DNA of 64,000 bases from Octopus vulgaris (GCA_951406725.2 OX597828.1:22754001-22818000); one strand, 5' to 3'; positions 1 to 16,249 are shown, counted from the stretch's first letter. Notes: a model not told the origin generated them from the sequence alone. A program made the numbers and translations.

Positions 1-224
1 GACACGGGGTCCACCAATACTTTTTTTCACTAGATGGTGGCGGTGATGTGGTCGTTACGATATCCTGAACAATGTTGCCGTTGTTCATAGGGGTTTGGTG
101 CTGTATCACATGATGTTTTTACAACCAGCGCGGCCATATTGACACTCTTGTTGAGGAAGGTTTCTACTTCGAACCAAGCACATCAGACGAAATGAAGTTA
201 TTTATTCTTTCATTCTTTTATTCA

Positions 225-583
225 TAGCTTCTTTTACATGTTTCATTCATTTGACTGCGGCCATGCTGGGGCACTGTCTTTAGTCGAGAAATCTACCCCA
301 GGACTTATTTTTCGTAAGCCTAGTACTTATTCAATCGGTCTGTTATGCCGACACGCTAATTTCCCACAGGCATCATTTCTGAAGAGATTTTGTGGGGGGC
401 AAACACAGACAAAAACACAAAATTACACATACGACGGGATTCTTTCAGTTTCCGTCTACTAAATCCGTTCACAAGGCTTTGGTTGGCCAGAGGCTATATT
501 AAAAAAATATTTGCCGCAGGAGCCACGCAGTGGGACTGAACCAGTAACCACGTGGTTCATAACCAAGCTACTTACCACACATG
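225..583 (-). mobile_element. tRNA-derived SINE, family A (CORE-like), diverged copy
   Basis: Reverse complement of the element at 17748-18158; shares gactgcggccatgctgg, ctttcagtttccgtctac, cacgcagtgggactgaacc, gctacttaccacac. Confidence 0.9.
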
Positions 584-1042
584 CTTTTCTAGACCAGGCA
601 CAGAAACAGGAAAAAATCGTATATAATCATCGCTGTTTACTGCCATAACAACGTGAAGTTAAACAGAAAGAGAAATCTGAGAGACAAGGGTTTCAAAACC
701 TGCTACTACTCTGCAAAAATTGTAAGCGTGAGTTAAAATCGAAGTGATAGTTTGCAAAAAGCTAAGCTATTCAGGCAAAACCAATCAGAAACTGACGTGC
801 TTTTTACAGATAAAATCTGCAAGTGGAACAGTAAAAACATGTAATACTTTTATGTAGAGTTCAATAAATAACAATTACAAACTTTGTTATCAAAATTCCA
901 ACCAGGAGATTTCGTAACTATATTCAAAACCAACTCTATCCATACCCCTCTCTCTCACTTGGTCCCTGCATATAAATATATATACATACATACAGAGAGA
1001 GAGAGAGAGAGTGATAGAGCCAGAACGACATGCTATATAATA

Positions 1043-1106
<64 letters not shown>

Positions 1107-2979
1107 TAGATAGATAGATAGATAGATAGATATAGATATATATAAATATGTATATATATAGGTATATATAAATATACGTGTGTATGTGTAGATGAGTATG
1201 CATATATGTATGTATATATATCTACGTATCTACATGTCAATCTCTTGTATGTGTTAACGGGTTTTGTGACCTTACTTTGAAACGGGTTATCATATTTATT
1301 CATAGAGAAAATTTCACAAGCGCATAAGTAGTAATTAGTCTCTGTGTGTTTATGCGTGTGTGTGTCTCTGTGTATGTGTGAATATGCATACATACATTTA
1401 AGTATACTTGTGCGTGTGTATTTCTATATATGCGTATATTTGTGTGTGTGTGGGTGGGTTTATTTTAGAGCAGTGTTTGTTATTTTTCTCAAAGAATAGT
1501 GTTTCAATTTACCCAAATATTTTCTTAGTTTTTCCAGATAAACCACCCACTTTCAGTACTACAAACGTAAGTATACACTGCTTAGAACATACACACATAA
1601 CTATAAGCATACATGCATACATGCCCAGGAAATATATGTTTATATAAGCGTGAATGTATGTATAAAAGTGTGTATAGATACAAGTTTTAATGCATATATA
1701 TATATTTATATATATATATATATACATTGCACATATATATATATATGCACAAAGATACACGCGTATGCATATATATATATATATATATATATATAATCTC
1801 ATTTATACACACACACGCACATGTGCGTGTGTGTGTATCATATATATTACATATATAAGCGTAAGCATATGCACACAGATATATAGAAAATCATGCATAT
1901 ATATATAATACATAATTTATATACGCCATAAATATAATATATATATATGTGTGTGTGTGTGTTGATGTGTGTGTGTGTGTGTGTACGTGGACTTATGCAT
2001 TGTTACATAACAGTATGAATATATAATATATAATATACAACAGAATATATCATGTATATATATACGCTGATATATGCATACATACATATTACGACAGTGG
2101 TGTCTTTGTGTTCCATTGTTCCGAGACAATCGAACACGTGTTTCTTTGTGGGTGTCTGTGTGTGTGTGTGTGTGTATGTGTGTGTGTATAAATATGCCGT
2201 CGCGCACATATGTGTATGCGTATGGTTCTATGTTTGTCCAAGTGTATTCTCAAATTCATTTTTTTTTGTATATATATATATTTTTTTTTTTTCGTTTGGC
2301 TTTTACATATTTCTTAATAGAAATATAAGACAATATCTCTAAATGAAAGAATAATATAGATAAGATGTAATTCGGATGGGTGAAAAACATGGCGGCTATT
2401 TCTCATGAGTGACCTTTATGGAGAAAGAGTTCATAGAATTTACATTGTTTTATGCTTTTGTCTGTTTGTACATTTGTACTTTACATTTATATATTTTTAT
2501 GGCTTTTATGTTCTCATATTTTTTTTCCTTTTGGGCGATATTTTCTTTTAGTTTACTTTTAAGTAAGATAAGTTATCTTTTGAATTATACTCCTATTTTG
2601 ACTGCAAATATACGCAGACGTATAGGGGGATTTAATGTACTTATACACATTTGTGTTGATGTAAAGATATATATACACATACGTTTATACGTTTATACGT
2701 TTAAATATATGTAAGTGTACTTGTATTTTTGTGTGTGTGTGTGTGTGTATGCGTGTATGTACATAATATATATATGTATATATATATATGTATATATACA
2801 CACACATATATCTAAATACATATATATGAATAAACATGTTGATATATAGTTTTGCAAATATACACTAACAAATGTATATATATATATACATATACATGTA
2901 TATATATATATAAGCGTATATATGTATTTATATGTATAGATATATGTATATATACATATACATATATGTATATATATGT

Positions 2980-3017
<38 letters not shown>

Positions 3018-3084
3018 TTGTACATAAGGAGACATTCACATACATAATCAGATGCACGAATATGTATATATGTATGTATGTACG

Positions 3085-3119
<35 letters not shown>

Positions 3120-3254
3120 ATGTGTGTGTGAGTGTGTTTGTTTGTGTCTATATACATACACCTACATACATGCATACATATTACGACACATATCCTTCTG
3201 ATTCGTCTCTACTAATTAGATGTTTTCTATTTGCAACTTTTCTCATCGTTATTT

Positions 3255-3315
<61 letters not shown>

Positions 3316-4379
3316 CTGTCTTTGACTTTCTTATTACTACACTCTTCTTCGTAAAATTTCTTTCTGCGCCTGTCACTCTCTCTTTCTAAGTCATTCACTA
3401 AATCTGTTATATTTCGAACATTGCTACTTATTTTCCAGATATACAAGATTTATCTTTTTTTTTTTTGCGGCTAATCTCATTTTGCTGATACGAAATACAA
3501 TCTCATGCTTGTACTCTTATATACATCAGTATATCATGTGTGTGTCTGGCTGTATCTCTGTCTGTGTTTTTGTGTGTTTTTATAAATACACACACACATT
3601 TATATATTCATATAAACATATATATTTATTTGTATTTGTATATAGATGGACATATATTACCCATGTGCATATGTTTTTGCATATTCATTTAAAAGTGTTC
3701 TTTAAATAGGGAACTTTAATGAGTATATCATTAATCTATACTTCAGTAAAGTTACTCAGATTTGTTTATCACGCTTATTTATTGCTTTATATTCTGAGCA
3801 CCGCCGCAGAAGGTGTTAACTCCAGTAATGTTTTACGAACTCGCAACAATACAGAACTTATAATATTACATTGTGCATAATGCAATATGTGTGTAGTTGA
3901 TTGCTTTTTAGTGTGCGCTGGCGTGCAACTTTTCGTGTGTGTGAATGTTTAAATATGCTGAAAACTTCCCTCAAGCCCTAAGTTTCTGTTGTGGACTCGT
4001 ACGAGTTGACTGAAGAAGATCTACCACAGGAAAATTAACAACTGCAACGGCAGAAAACACACAAAAGAAAGAAGTGTGACCACTGTAATAGGAACGCTAG
4101 AAATACAGAAATATGAATAACAACAGTCACATCATTAATAACAGTATCAACAATGGCAACATCATGAAGTCTCCACAACAACGAGAATATCTACCAAACC
4201 AATGACTAATGAGACGTCTTTAAAGGCCGCCCTTCGATACAGAATGATTTCGGTTGAACTGCGATTTTATCATTGCATAGGCGACTTGAGATTTAGAAGA
4301 ATGATGGTATGTTTCCTATCGAAAGCAACTTGCTGGTCTTGCTGGTTGATGAGAACATTAAGCATTGAACCTATAGATA

Positions 4380-5000
4380 GTATACATATATGGTTGTACT
4401 ATTAATGCTTATCAGGAATTCATTGGTAAAAAGGCTGTTTGTCGAAACTGTCAGAGAGGCATGAGGAGCGACTAAATTTTACACGCAACTGTCCTTGCCA
4501 AGTTACGTCAAACATCTGCCGTGGTTTGTAATGCAGAAGCTGTTGTGCTTTCAATGCCCCACTGGTAAGGTCATGAGTCTTCCTCATATATAATGATTAT
4601 GGCAAGACAAAGTTCTGGTCCACTCAATTGAAAGAACTGGAGACTATTATTTTGTTCTTCGGAATTGCCGCTTACATTTGGTTCCTAGGTTCTGCCACGT
4701 TACTTATAAATAACGGTTATGACAAAAGAGTTTTCTGGAGGGCTCAATGGAAAGGACTACGGACAAACCCCTTGTTCTACTTTGACAGGTAGAGACAGAC
4801 AGGTTTCCTCTAACATATAGCCATGTGAAACACTTCGTGTGGTGATTCATCTCTGCAATAACTCAATCAAGACAGCCACTTTTCTCTACGGACAAACCCT
4901 GCTCCAATTACTTGAGACGATCTTTGAGAGAAAGACGAATATTTTGAGAGAGATGCTGCTTGTCAGTAATTTTAGAAGAAAATTTTCTCGTGAAGACCGC
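4380..5000 (+). mobile_element. Possible decayed L1/Tx1-clade LINE ORF2 C-terminal remnant
   Basis: Complex, more GC-rich island. Broken frames give NCQRG..., ...CFQCP (CCHC-knuckle-like) and TATFLYGQTLLQLLETIFERKTNILREMLLVSNFRRKF, resembling from memory the C-terminus of Tx1-type ORF2. Needs HMM/Dfam confirmation. Confidence 0.35.
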
Positions 5001-5264
5001 GAAGGAATGAGCAAAAAACTAACATACAAACGTCTTGCCCTGGGGAATGATATCAGAGAGGGTGGGGTTCAAATAAGTTTGAGGTTTTCCATTCGTCTCA
5101 AATAGCGAACGGTCACATATGAACATTTTCACGTATGCACGCTATGTGCAGCATTATGTTCAAAGTCATTCAATTTTAAGGTATCCTCGTTTGTAAAGTC
5201 CACCTAATGTCCACGCTTCCATCGATGTTTCATTTCAGTAATGAATGACAAAGGCAACAGCAAC

Positions 5265-5298
<34 letters not shown>

Positions 5299-5325
5299 AC
5301 CACAATAACTACAATATAATAATTA

Positions 5326-5470
5326 AAATTTTTGGCATAATTTTGGCAACCCGAATGGATGAAAAGCAAAGTCGACCTCGACGTAATATGAACTCAAAAA
5401 CGTAATTACTTCTAAACGCTGTTACTCATTTCACCCAGTATGCTAACGATTCTACCTGAACGCCGCCTTC
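5326..5470 (-). mobile_element. SINE family B, degenerate
   Basis: gatgaaaagcaaagtcgacctcg...gaactca...gctaacgattct...cgccgcc is the reverse complement of the family seen at 27625 and 38480. Confidence 0.7.
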
Positions 5471-6015
5471 CACAACAAAAATAATAATAAGGATCATCAT
5501 TATAGAAGTTGTCATTGCTGTAGAGTGATGTGGCATTGGTGGTTTTATTATTGTTATTTAACTTTGAAGACGATATTCGACGAATATCATTTCATAGAGC
5601 CTGTTATCTATGTAATACAATAATATTTATTGATCATGATATGCAGGTATATATATGTGTAATGTGTGTATTAGGCAAAACAGATATATAGGCATAGAGA
5701 GGCACATTTATCAACTGTATGAATGTGCATGTATACCCATACATGCGTACATATATACATGCATGAATACATTACACATACACGTTACTTGTATTCTTAA
5801 GTGCAGACGCGAGCACAAACATTGCAGCACACACTCTCTCTCACACGCAGGCAAACACACACACACAAATACAATCGATAACGTAGAAACGTCTAACGAT
5901 ATAAGTTGATAAATTCTTTCTAACCCTATATATTGGTTGTATATCATAGTAAAGTAGACTATATTAGAATCGCAAACCATGCACATAGTCACACAAGGTA
6001 CATGCCCAAACTATT

Positions 6016-6081
<66 letters not shown>

Positions 6082-6104
6082 ATGTGTGTATGTGTGTATG
6101 TATG

Positions 6105-6155
<51 letters not shown>

Positions 6156-6542
6156 GGTTGTATAGGGGCATACAGCTATACATAAAACACAATTTCACAC
6201 ACTAGCAACAGTGCATATATTCAACTACACTCATTCGTTTGAAACATGGTGTTCGGTTATATTTTCCTTTGCCTCATCTGGTTAATTTATCTGTTTCTGA
6301 TATACTTGACAAAGCGCTATATATATTTCCAGCATAGGTGAGAAAGAAGCAGAACAAGAAAAGACGGAAAAGGCGAAATCACCAGCAACAGCAACCACAA
6401 TAACAAAGATACAACTGGTTCAACAACAAGAATTACTAAGAAAATATTTCAAACATGTATGCATGTATACGTGACTGTATATTTACATACACCAATACTT
6501 AGACATACGCACACACACACACACATAAATATACACAGATCT

Positions 6543-6589
<47 letters not shown>

Positions 6590-6733
6590 TACAAACACAC
6601 AGTCACATTCTTATATATTTATGAATATACGAATGCATATACATATTTTACGTTAAAAAATCTATGAATACATTTTGTGAATGAATGTATGAATATATAC
6701 GCGCGTACATACACAAACACACACACGCATACA

Positions 6734-6802
<69 letters not shown>

Positions 6803-7685
6803 TAACAAATATACATTTATACTATTATACATAAGTGTGTGTCGATGTATTCATATATATGTATGTGTGTGTATGCCTATATATATATGCGTATATACAG
6901 CTATATATATATGTATATATATAGATATATATATATAGCTGTATATACGCATATATATATATATGCATACACACACACGCACATATATATATATATGCAT
7001 GTATGTATGCATGTACGTATGTTTCGCAACTCGCCTCTCACCAAATAAGAAACACCGCTCGCAACTTCCAATTACAAAAATATGTGTGCAAACAAGTAAA
7101 ACCTCTACAGCGAGGTGATACAAGACAAGTAACGTCTTATAAACACTAGTAAAATTGAAATAAATCTCGTTTCTTCTCCTTTTATATTCTCTTCTTTCCG
7201 ATATGTAATTTGTTTGTTTTGGGGTTGTTGTGTTATTGAATTCGTGTTGTGTTGTTTGCGGATGTATGTGTTAGAAGAGAAATTCTGTACACCCAATACA
7301 TTTGAAAACCATTCTTCTTGTCATGCACCAGATCTGAAAGAAATTCGTATTCTCACTGCACTGGACATATATATGTGTGTGTGTGTAAGTATGTATGTAT
7401 GTATGTATTTATGTATGTATGATGCATCTCCATATATTTGTATCTGTGTATATATGTGTCCATGTATCTGTATGTGCGTAAGCATGCACGCCGCATATAT
7501 GAATGCAGATATATATGCATCTTTCTATCGATAAATATATGTATGCATTTATGCATATGTGCATATATACGCATGTACGAATCTACCACGCATAGATATA
7601 CATATATACGCACACCTATATGCGCCTGTTTTTTTTTATCCCGCTCTGTTTGGGGTTATATATTCATCAATGTCTATCCAGTTAA

Positions 7686-7740
<55 letters not shown>

Positions 7741-7874
7741 AAATTGTCTTTCAAATTTATTTCTATCTAGTTGTGCATGCATGTATGTGTGTATGTACGT
7801 ATGCATGCATGTATGAATGTATACATGTATGTATGCATGTATGATATATACACACATGTACGCATAAATATATA

Positions 7875-7938
<64 letters not shown>

Positions 7939-8180
7939 GCATACGAATAGAAGGATAGATAACGAAATAGATATATGTATCACTGTGTGTGGGTGTATAT
8001 ATATTAAATATTTTGGCCAGAGCCTAAGTAATGCAAAGAAAACAGAAAATGATATTAATAGAAAGTCTCTTTAGAAATTCAGGGTTTCTTTCAATTGGAC
8101 AATATGCTTAGTGGTGTTGTTGTTAATATTATTATTGTTATTAGTATCATTCTCATTATTATTGTAATTAATATTATTAC

Positions 8181-8183
<3 letters not shown>

Positions 8184-8243
<60 letters not shown>
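8184..8243. repeat. (ATT)n microsatellite (others at ~10548, 31453, 41705, 46990)
   Basis: Directly visible trinucleotide run. Confidence 0.95.
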
Positions 8244-8246
<3 letters not shown>

Positions 8247-10545
8247 TTCTTACTATGATTGTTATTATTTCTCTTACTAATTTTGTTGTTATTCATCATT
8301 TTCTTGTTTCTACTGTCATTGTTATATTGTGGCGCCACCTACTTCTTGTAATATCACTTATATGAACCATATACGATCATGCACATACATAAGTATTCAT
8401 AAAAGCGGACCGAAAACCGCAGCTTGCACACACAAACCCACACACACACATACACCAGCACCCACACACCCACACAAAAACACGCACAGACATAACATAT
8501 ATATTTTGATCATCATGCACGTACTTATGTGTAAGCGAATATAAACATTGATATAAATACACACATACATACATACATACCTGCACCCACACACATTGAT
8601 AGACAGGAAAGTATAAATAGATCAATACATGTAAATTATTGATACTATCATAGAAGCATCAGCATATGTGTTAGCGTGTGTCTGTTTTTGTTTGTATGAT
8701 ATAAACTCACAGAGACACACGGACACACTTGCAAACACATATATATAAGCATAGAGATATAGTTATAAAAGAACAAACGTCACATGAGAAAGTAGAGACA
8801 CCATGAACTGCTTGCTTCAGCGTGATAAAACGTACAGATAAATGAGATGACCACGATCAAAGAACAGAAAAGTAACGGGAACCGAATAAGGAAATAAGAT
8901 ACCTAAAATAAACCGTTTAGAGTTAGTAGTCGTACCCTATAAGTGAGAAAAACCGGATATTCTCCATGCATCGTAGATAGATTCAAAAACGGCAACTATA
9001 CATCGACAGAGATGTAATAAAATCCCTTTGTGTCAGTGCAACTAGCTATACAGATTACCGCCTGCATAGGTATCAATCTCAATTCCATTATTGTTTGTTG
9101 TTAAACAACGTTCTTTTCCTGCTTGTCTTTGAAAAAGAACCACTATCCGAAACGTTGGGAACAACCTGTTTCTATATTACTTCTTTATACGATAGAATAA
9201 TAGACTTCATACAAGCATTGATTTTCGTTCCTTTGGAATGTATGTTTTTTTTTTTTGTTTATTCTAGATGTTATTCACCCACACACAAAAACACAAATTC
9301 ACACGCGCACACATATACACAAATCCATACATGACTGCTATTGTGTGTGTGAATATATAGGTGGTTACACACACACACACATACACACACACACACACAT
9401 ACACACACATATATATATATATATATACATACACAAATATAAATATTCACACATGCAAACATGCACACATACACACGTAAATAAGTATATATGTACATAT
9501 ATAAATATTTAAATACATGTGCATATAAACAATGATGAATATCCCCCCAATGTACATAAGATCTAAACTTAATCTTGCTTGTATGTTTTCATTAGGTGAT
9601 TAATAACAATGACAACACAAGTCATTTTTGAAGCTTAAACTCTTAATTTATTTTTGGTAAATCGCACAATTTGGGTAACATAACATGTGGAAAGCTAGAG
9701 GTAACAGTGCTTTGTAAAGTTTCAGTACTTTATTTTCTGTCGAACTATAAACCGGCAATTGCTTATTTGAAAACGCTGTATGAATATGATGGAAATAGAT
9801 TTGAGAATTGAATACAGAGTTGAACTTATGCAAGATGCAAAGAATTTTAAAACATGTATCCAAATACATTTCGAGGGACGCTTGCCTCATTATGCTTATA
9901 TACTCACCAGTAATTGATAACTGCCATAGTTGATCTGTGTGGAATTTTAATACACGGTGTTGTGGAAAAGAAAGTGAAACAAACACTGCTAGCGCCTTAA
10001 GGACTTATTTTATTTTTCATCTTCATTAGTGTGGTTAAGCATTTATGAGCATCTGTATTAAAAAATAAAAGAAAGCATTGTCCACCTGCGTCCATCATGA
10101 CTCTAATTCAAACATCGTATATGTGTTGTGGTATTACCGGATGTGTCTGATTTCTTTTTTTTAAAACAGTAGGTTTTGACTTAATGGAAGATGATATTTA
10201 GAGCAGATTGAATGAACAGTCAGGGTTTCTGTCACGTGTCTGTTATAGTTAACACAAATTCGTTACATCCTGAACGTACCCGATTTCATTACTTGCAGAA
10301 AATGAAATGGACGCCATTTTGTCTTTCAAATAGAATCCATCCATCGTGTTATTAGTTCGCGTTCACATAGCAAAGGATATCACAAACTATAACATTCGTA
10401 ATTTAAAAATAATATAAATTCAATTATCGCCATAAACCGTATCGTAGTATATATATTGGAGATATATTGAAGGTATATACATACTCATGAATACCAAGAC
10501 AATGAAAATATATGTGATTACATAACTGTACGTTTGAAGTTAACA

Positions 10546-10588
<43 letters not shown>

Positions 10589-10960
10589 TGATGATGATGA
10601 TGATGATGATGATAATGATATGTTCCGTTATTACATATCAATATTAGAAATGCTAACAGGGAATTGCAAACAAATACAAACCTCTGAGTTGTTGTAGAGA
10701 CCGATTTATTAGAGGAAAGATAGTAAAATATAACAGATTTAATAATGGAGCAAAGGATTATGGGATAAGAGATTTCAACGTGGAAATCATGTTTTAAACA
10801 GAAAAATTAAAACAATAAGGCAAATTTATACAATTATAATGTTATATTATGTAATAATTGTACACGTGTTTCAACTTAGATGTCAAATGACATTTGAACA
10901 TTCATCGACATCAGTTGCCGTTTCTTGAAGAAATTCAAGAGCTGACGATTAAACTTTGCC

Positions 10961-11267
10961 TCTTTCAGTTATTTTACTGTGGTCATGCTGGAGCACTGCT
11001 TTGAAGAGTTTTAATCTAACAAATCTACCCCAGGACTTATTTTTTTCAGCCATTACTTATTCTACCAGTCTCTTTTGCCGAACCACTATTGTGCAGCGAT
11101 GATGAGGCCGGGGTATAGACACACACATACAGACACACACAGAAAACGACGGATATCTTTCAGTTTCCGTCTACCAATTCCACTCGCAAGCTTTGGTCGG
11201 CACGAGGCTATGGTAAAAAATACCTGCCCAAAGTTCCATGAAATGGGACTGAACCCGGGACCATGTG
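10961..11267 (-). mobile_element. SINE family A, diverged and internally deleted
   Basis: catgctggagcactgc, caggacttatt, cagtttccgtctacc, gggactgaacccgggaccatgtg. Confidence 0.85.
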
Positions 11268-11737
11268 AATGTACGCGCGATCGTATGTATATTAGTATGT
11301 ATTTTCCATAATCATTTCTTGCGAGATAATTGTCAATAGACGAGCTTAACAATTATTCATATAACTTTATTTGTGCTGCAGCTGAGGCACAAGTCGAGAG
11401 AATGGAAACACAAACGCTAAGTCCTAAGGAGACGATACTTACGTTACCTTATTTCCTTGCTAAGTTTCATGAATTTCCCTTTCGCGAAATGTGTCTAGCG
11501 TCTTTCATCAGTTGGGGGTTAACAATACGTAATTTTTTGGGATGCACGCCAGCGACTATGAACAGAAACTTCCGTAGCCTATAAGAGAATATCTAGGAAT
11601 GAAAAACTAAATGGAACAAGACTATAAGTTAGTTGAATTTTACGAGGCACAAGTACACACTAAAGACAATTATAAACACATGCGCATAAATGCATACGCA
11701 CATATATATATATATACATACACACGCACACCCACAC

Positions 11738-11782
<45 letters not shown>

Positions 11783-12492
11783 TTGACTGCTGTTGATTCA
11801 TAAGGTCATTAATGGCAACAGGAGAATATATTTGTAAATATAATGCATCTTATGAGCAAAAATTGGCATGTTTGCACAACTAGTCGGCTTCCAGGCTGCA
11901 AAGATATTTCGTGTGGTTTTGTAAGGTGAGTTTGATTTTGCAGTACAAAAATAATAATGAAAAATCTAAGAAAACAAACAAAAATAATCGGATAAACAAA
12001 GATACAGGATGTGTTTGCTTACAGCTTAGGAAAATTAGAATATGTTTAGCGTTTTGAACGCACGATCAATATTAAGTAGATCGGAGTGAAAACACTATTT
12101 ACAGGTCGTTAAGCACTACGTGCATAACTTTCAATGTTACAAGCGTCCAGTCCAGAAGGAGTATGGCCTCCTCACCAGCCGAACTAGAGAGGTAGAATCA
12201 TTCGGAATCTATAAGAAGGCGAACGATCTGTAACAAGAAGTAACAAGATCCGACAGTCTGGTTGATATAATCATATTGTGATAGAAATTTCGCCCATTCG
12301 TTTTGCCTATGCGGGTTTTTAGCTCACGTAATGTTAAGGTTTGCTGTTATGGTCTGTTATAACAAAAAAGAGAAAGTACCTTAACCAGCTGGACAGCTTT
12401 GTACTTTTGAATTGTACATATTCATTTTACTTAGACAAAAATATTATCGACAGTAAATTCGAATTTTCGGACTTCTAAGAATACATGTGTAA

Positions 12493-12536
<44 letters not shown>

Positions 12537-12676
12537 ATATTGAAAATACGGATTACTCCAAAGTGGCAATGGCATTATCTTTAATTCTATAATTATATAG
12601 TGCCTTTTAAGACCAACACAGGTTTCAATTACACCGATTAGTAATCGTTGCAACCGCAGCTCTACTATACAGAACG

Positions 12677-12720
<44 letters not shown>

Positions 12721-13017
12721 AGGAAGGTGGGGCGATAATGACAGACATACAAGGAAATATAAACACCCAAATATAAGTATGGAATATACTTATATATTTA
12801 GTTCATTCCAGAGACGCGAATATTAAGAAACAAAAAGTACAAAGTATATAAGAACGGACGAAATGATATGATCCGATTTGCGAACGAGAAGTTGGCATTT
12901 AGATTCACACAAGGGCAACTATACTTACACATACATAGAGACATACCCACAGATGCACATGTAGAAACGTACACATACACACGTCTATATATACATATAT
13001 ATAGGTATGTATATATG

Positions 13018-13061
<44 letters not shown>

Positions 13062-13082
13062 TATAGGTATGTATATATGTAT

Positions 13083-13141
<59 letters not shown>

Positions 13142-14504
13142 GATAGATATTTATATTTTTGTAGGTATATATATATATATATATCAGAATATATACATAT
13201 ATCTGATGCCATTTGCGATCATCTATTGATATTTCACTATAAAATATACTCGACTTAAGAAGACATACTATTCTTAATGTACTTTAAAATTCAAACTTCC
13301 AGATTCGTTACTACTCAAGCGGCCTCTTGAGATTAGTACGACTTCAAACTCTTTTGGTTATGATGTAAATATATATATATATATATATATAAAGAGAGAG
13401 AAATAGAGAGAGAGAGAGAGAGAGAGAGTTATGTATGCCTGTATATGTCCATGTATGTTTTTGTGTATGCATGTATGCATGAATGTATGTAAATGGATAA
13501 GTATGTTTCCGCTAGTACTTGAGTGGTGTAATTTTTATTTACGTCCTATACACGGAAAACAAGAAACGTGAAACCGAATAGCACCAGACATTGAATTTAC
13601 TGTTTGAGTTTGTTTGTGTCTGTTCTGAAGTGCATCACCAGTGATATGACAAAGGACATGGAATGTTCTAAAAAAATAGTCTGTCTCCGAAACTTATATC
13701 TACCATTATGGTATTCGAAAACGATATAAATACACGATCACATAGATACATACATGCGTAATCGCGTAATCACAGACATAGACTTTCACTTATATATATG
13801 TATGTATGTATATATGTGTATATATAATCAGAAGAGCCATTTGTATTTATTTTTCGAAACATATATATTTACATATTGCTTGTCGGACGTTTGTAAGTGG
13901 AACTCAACAGGGCCTTCAGAGCGTTTGTGGTGTGCATGGACAAATGAACAAAACTAGCTCCCAACGCATATAGTTGAAATTAAATATATCATTATTCAAA
14001 ACAACAGTTGGGTTCAGCTCTATACGACATAAAATTTCGGTAGCTTGCTCAGGTAATCTGAGCCTAAACGAGCTAAAAGAGGCACGATTTTATATATATG
14101 TGTATATGTGTGAGTGTGTGCGCGCGTGCGTATGTGTGTGTGCGAGCGTGCGTGTGTATGTACCTGTAGGTATGTGTATAAGTAAATGTATGCATAATGG
14201 TCACTACATGTGTCTTTATTGGAGCAAATTGACTTACAGCTGTTTCCAGGAGTTAATTCTATGTATGTTACTGATAGGTTTACTTAATATTTCCATTGAT
14301 TAGTTGAGGAAAATTTAAATGACCTAAAAAGAAATTAAAGCTACTTTTGTTCAGAGCCGTTTCTAGATATTAAAAAGCTGAACACTAAAGGAATGGTGAG
14401 TCAAGTAGAATGGAGAAAAAAGAGGAAGACGAGTTACAATAAGGTGAAGAGAAGGAAAGAATGAATAGTGGAAGGGGTCACTTAATAGGGCACTGAGCAC
14501 TGAT

Positions 14505-14565
<61 letters not shown>

Positions 14566-14604
14566 ATGTATGTGGATAGATAGCTTGAACTATATATATA
14601 TTCT

Positions 14605-14922
14605 TTTTTTTCTATTCTATTAGTTTCAATTAGTTGACAGCCGCCCTAACTACAGGGACGTAAACACACCAGTATCGTTTGCCAGTGATGGAGGGGTGAC
14701 AAACAGAGAGACACATACATACATATATACATACACGCATTCATACATACATATTCATGACAGGCTTCTTTCAGTTTCCATCTATCGAATCCACTTACGA
14801 GGCTTCGGTCGGCCCGAGGCCTATAGTAGAAGACACTTGCCCAACATGCTACGCAGTACCACTGAACCCGGAACCATGTACTTGGTAAGAAAGCTACTTA
14901 CCACACAGCCACTCCTGTACCT
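14605..14922 (-). mobile_element. SINE family A, internally deleted
   Basis: gggacgtaaacacacc...ggtcggcccgaggcctatagtagaagacacttgccca...ccacacagccactcctg. Confidence 0.9.
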
Positions 14923-15693
14923 ACTCATAGAAATACACATTAGTACCTATACTTCATATTTTTCTCAATCTTAACATGGGCATTATATATCTAGACACGC
15001 ACACCTGTACAGAGCCATCCGTCTCTATATACTTGCCTGTATACATATGTATGTGAATGTATGCCATTCCGTATTCATTTCTATTCTAGCTTCATCTATA
15101 TGACATCATATATTTTTAATCAAATTAGACAGGAAGTCTTGCGATTTTCTTCATATTCTTGAGCTGCAGATGAGCAGTGATTAGTTGATATGCGTTTCAT
15201 ACAATTATCCTTTGGCTAAATCTGTGCAACTGATGGCGAGCTAGACGGTACGATATTTGATAATCCAGCTCTGGATTTCCTGATATATTTGAATAAAACT
15301 GGTTCTACAGAATAAATGTGTTATTTGTGAGCGGAATAGTTATCAAAACGAATAGGCGATTTATATCTGTATACAGAGCCTGCTGAAATGCGAATAATTA
15401 ACCACATGTACGAGATAAAGTTACTTTCATATAGGTTCCTATGTACATGAGTGTGTGTGTGCGTTTGTATGCATGAATACTATCTGTAACACGCATGCAC
15501 ACACACACACACATATATATAGATATAATATCTATATATATAATTTATAGACATACGAATATATAAACGTGTGCGTGTGTGGTCGGGCGGAAAATATGCC
15601 AAAGAAGGAAAATATCACGAACAATCGTATAACTTCGTAATCCACGTCCTAAGTTATATGCATGTTCATAGCTACGTATATATATATATATAT

Positions 15694-15736
<43 letters not shown>

Positions 15737-15738
<2 letters not shown>

Positions 15739-15908
15739 CGTAGGAGTGGCTGTGTGGTAAGTAGCTTGCTTACCGACCACATGCTTCCGGGTTCAGTCCC
15801 ACTGCATGACACCTTGCACATGTGTCTTCTACAATAGCCTCGGGCCGACCAAAGCTTTGTGGGTGGATTTGGTAGACGGAAACTGAAAGAAGCCTATCGT
15901 ATATATTA

Positions 15909-15939
<31 letters not shown>

Positions 15940-16183
15940 AGTGTGCGTGTGTGTGTTTGTGTATGTTTGTGTGTCTGTGTTTGTCCCCCCAATATCGCTT
16001 GACAACCGTGCTGGTGCTAGCGTCTTTACGTCCCCGTCACCTAGCGGTTCGGCAAGAAACACAGATAGCATAAGTACTAGGCTTACAAAGAATAAGTCCT
16101 GTGGTCGATTTGCTCGACTAAAGGTGGTGTTCTACCTTGGCCACAATCAAATGACTGAAATAAATAAAAGAAACAAAAAGACA

Positions 16184-16186
<3 letters not shown>
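15737..16186 (+). mobile_element. SINE family A, full length
   Basis: Pol III A-box-like tggctgtgtgg, B-box-like gggttcagtccc, CORE-like accttgcacatgtgtctt, internal (TA)(TG) microsatellite, tail aaatgactgaaa plus A-rich end. Confidence 0.95.

Positions 16187-16249
<63 letters not shown>

Noticed and set aside
1-190. GC-richer segment at the window edge with short minus-strand frames
   Set aside because: No recognisable protein and truncated by the window boundary.
2386-2396. YY1-like aacatggcggc (also near 10312 and 55278; ETS-like ccggaagt near 55364)
   Set aside because: Isolated short motifs without supporting context.
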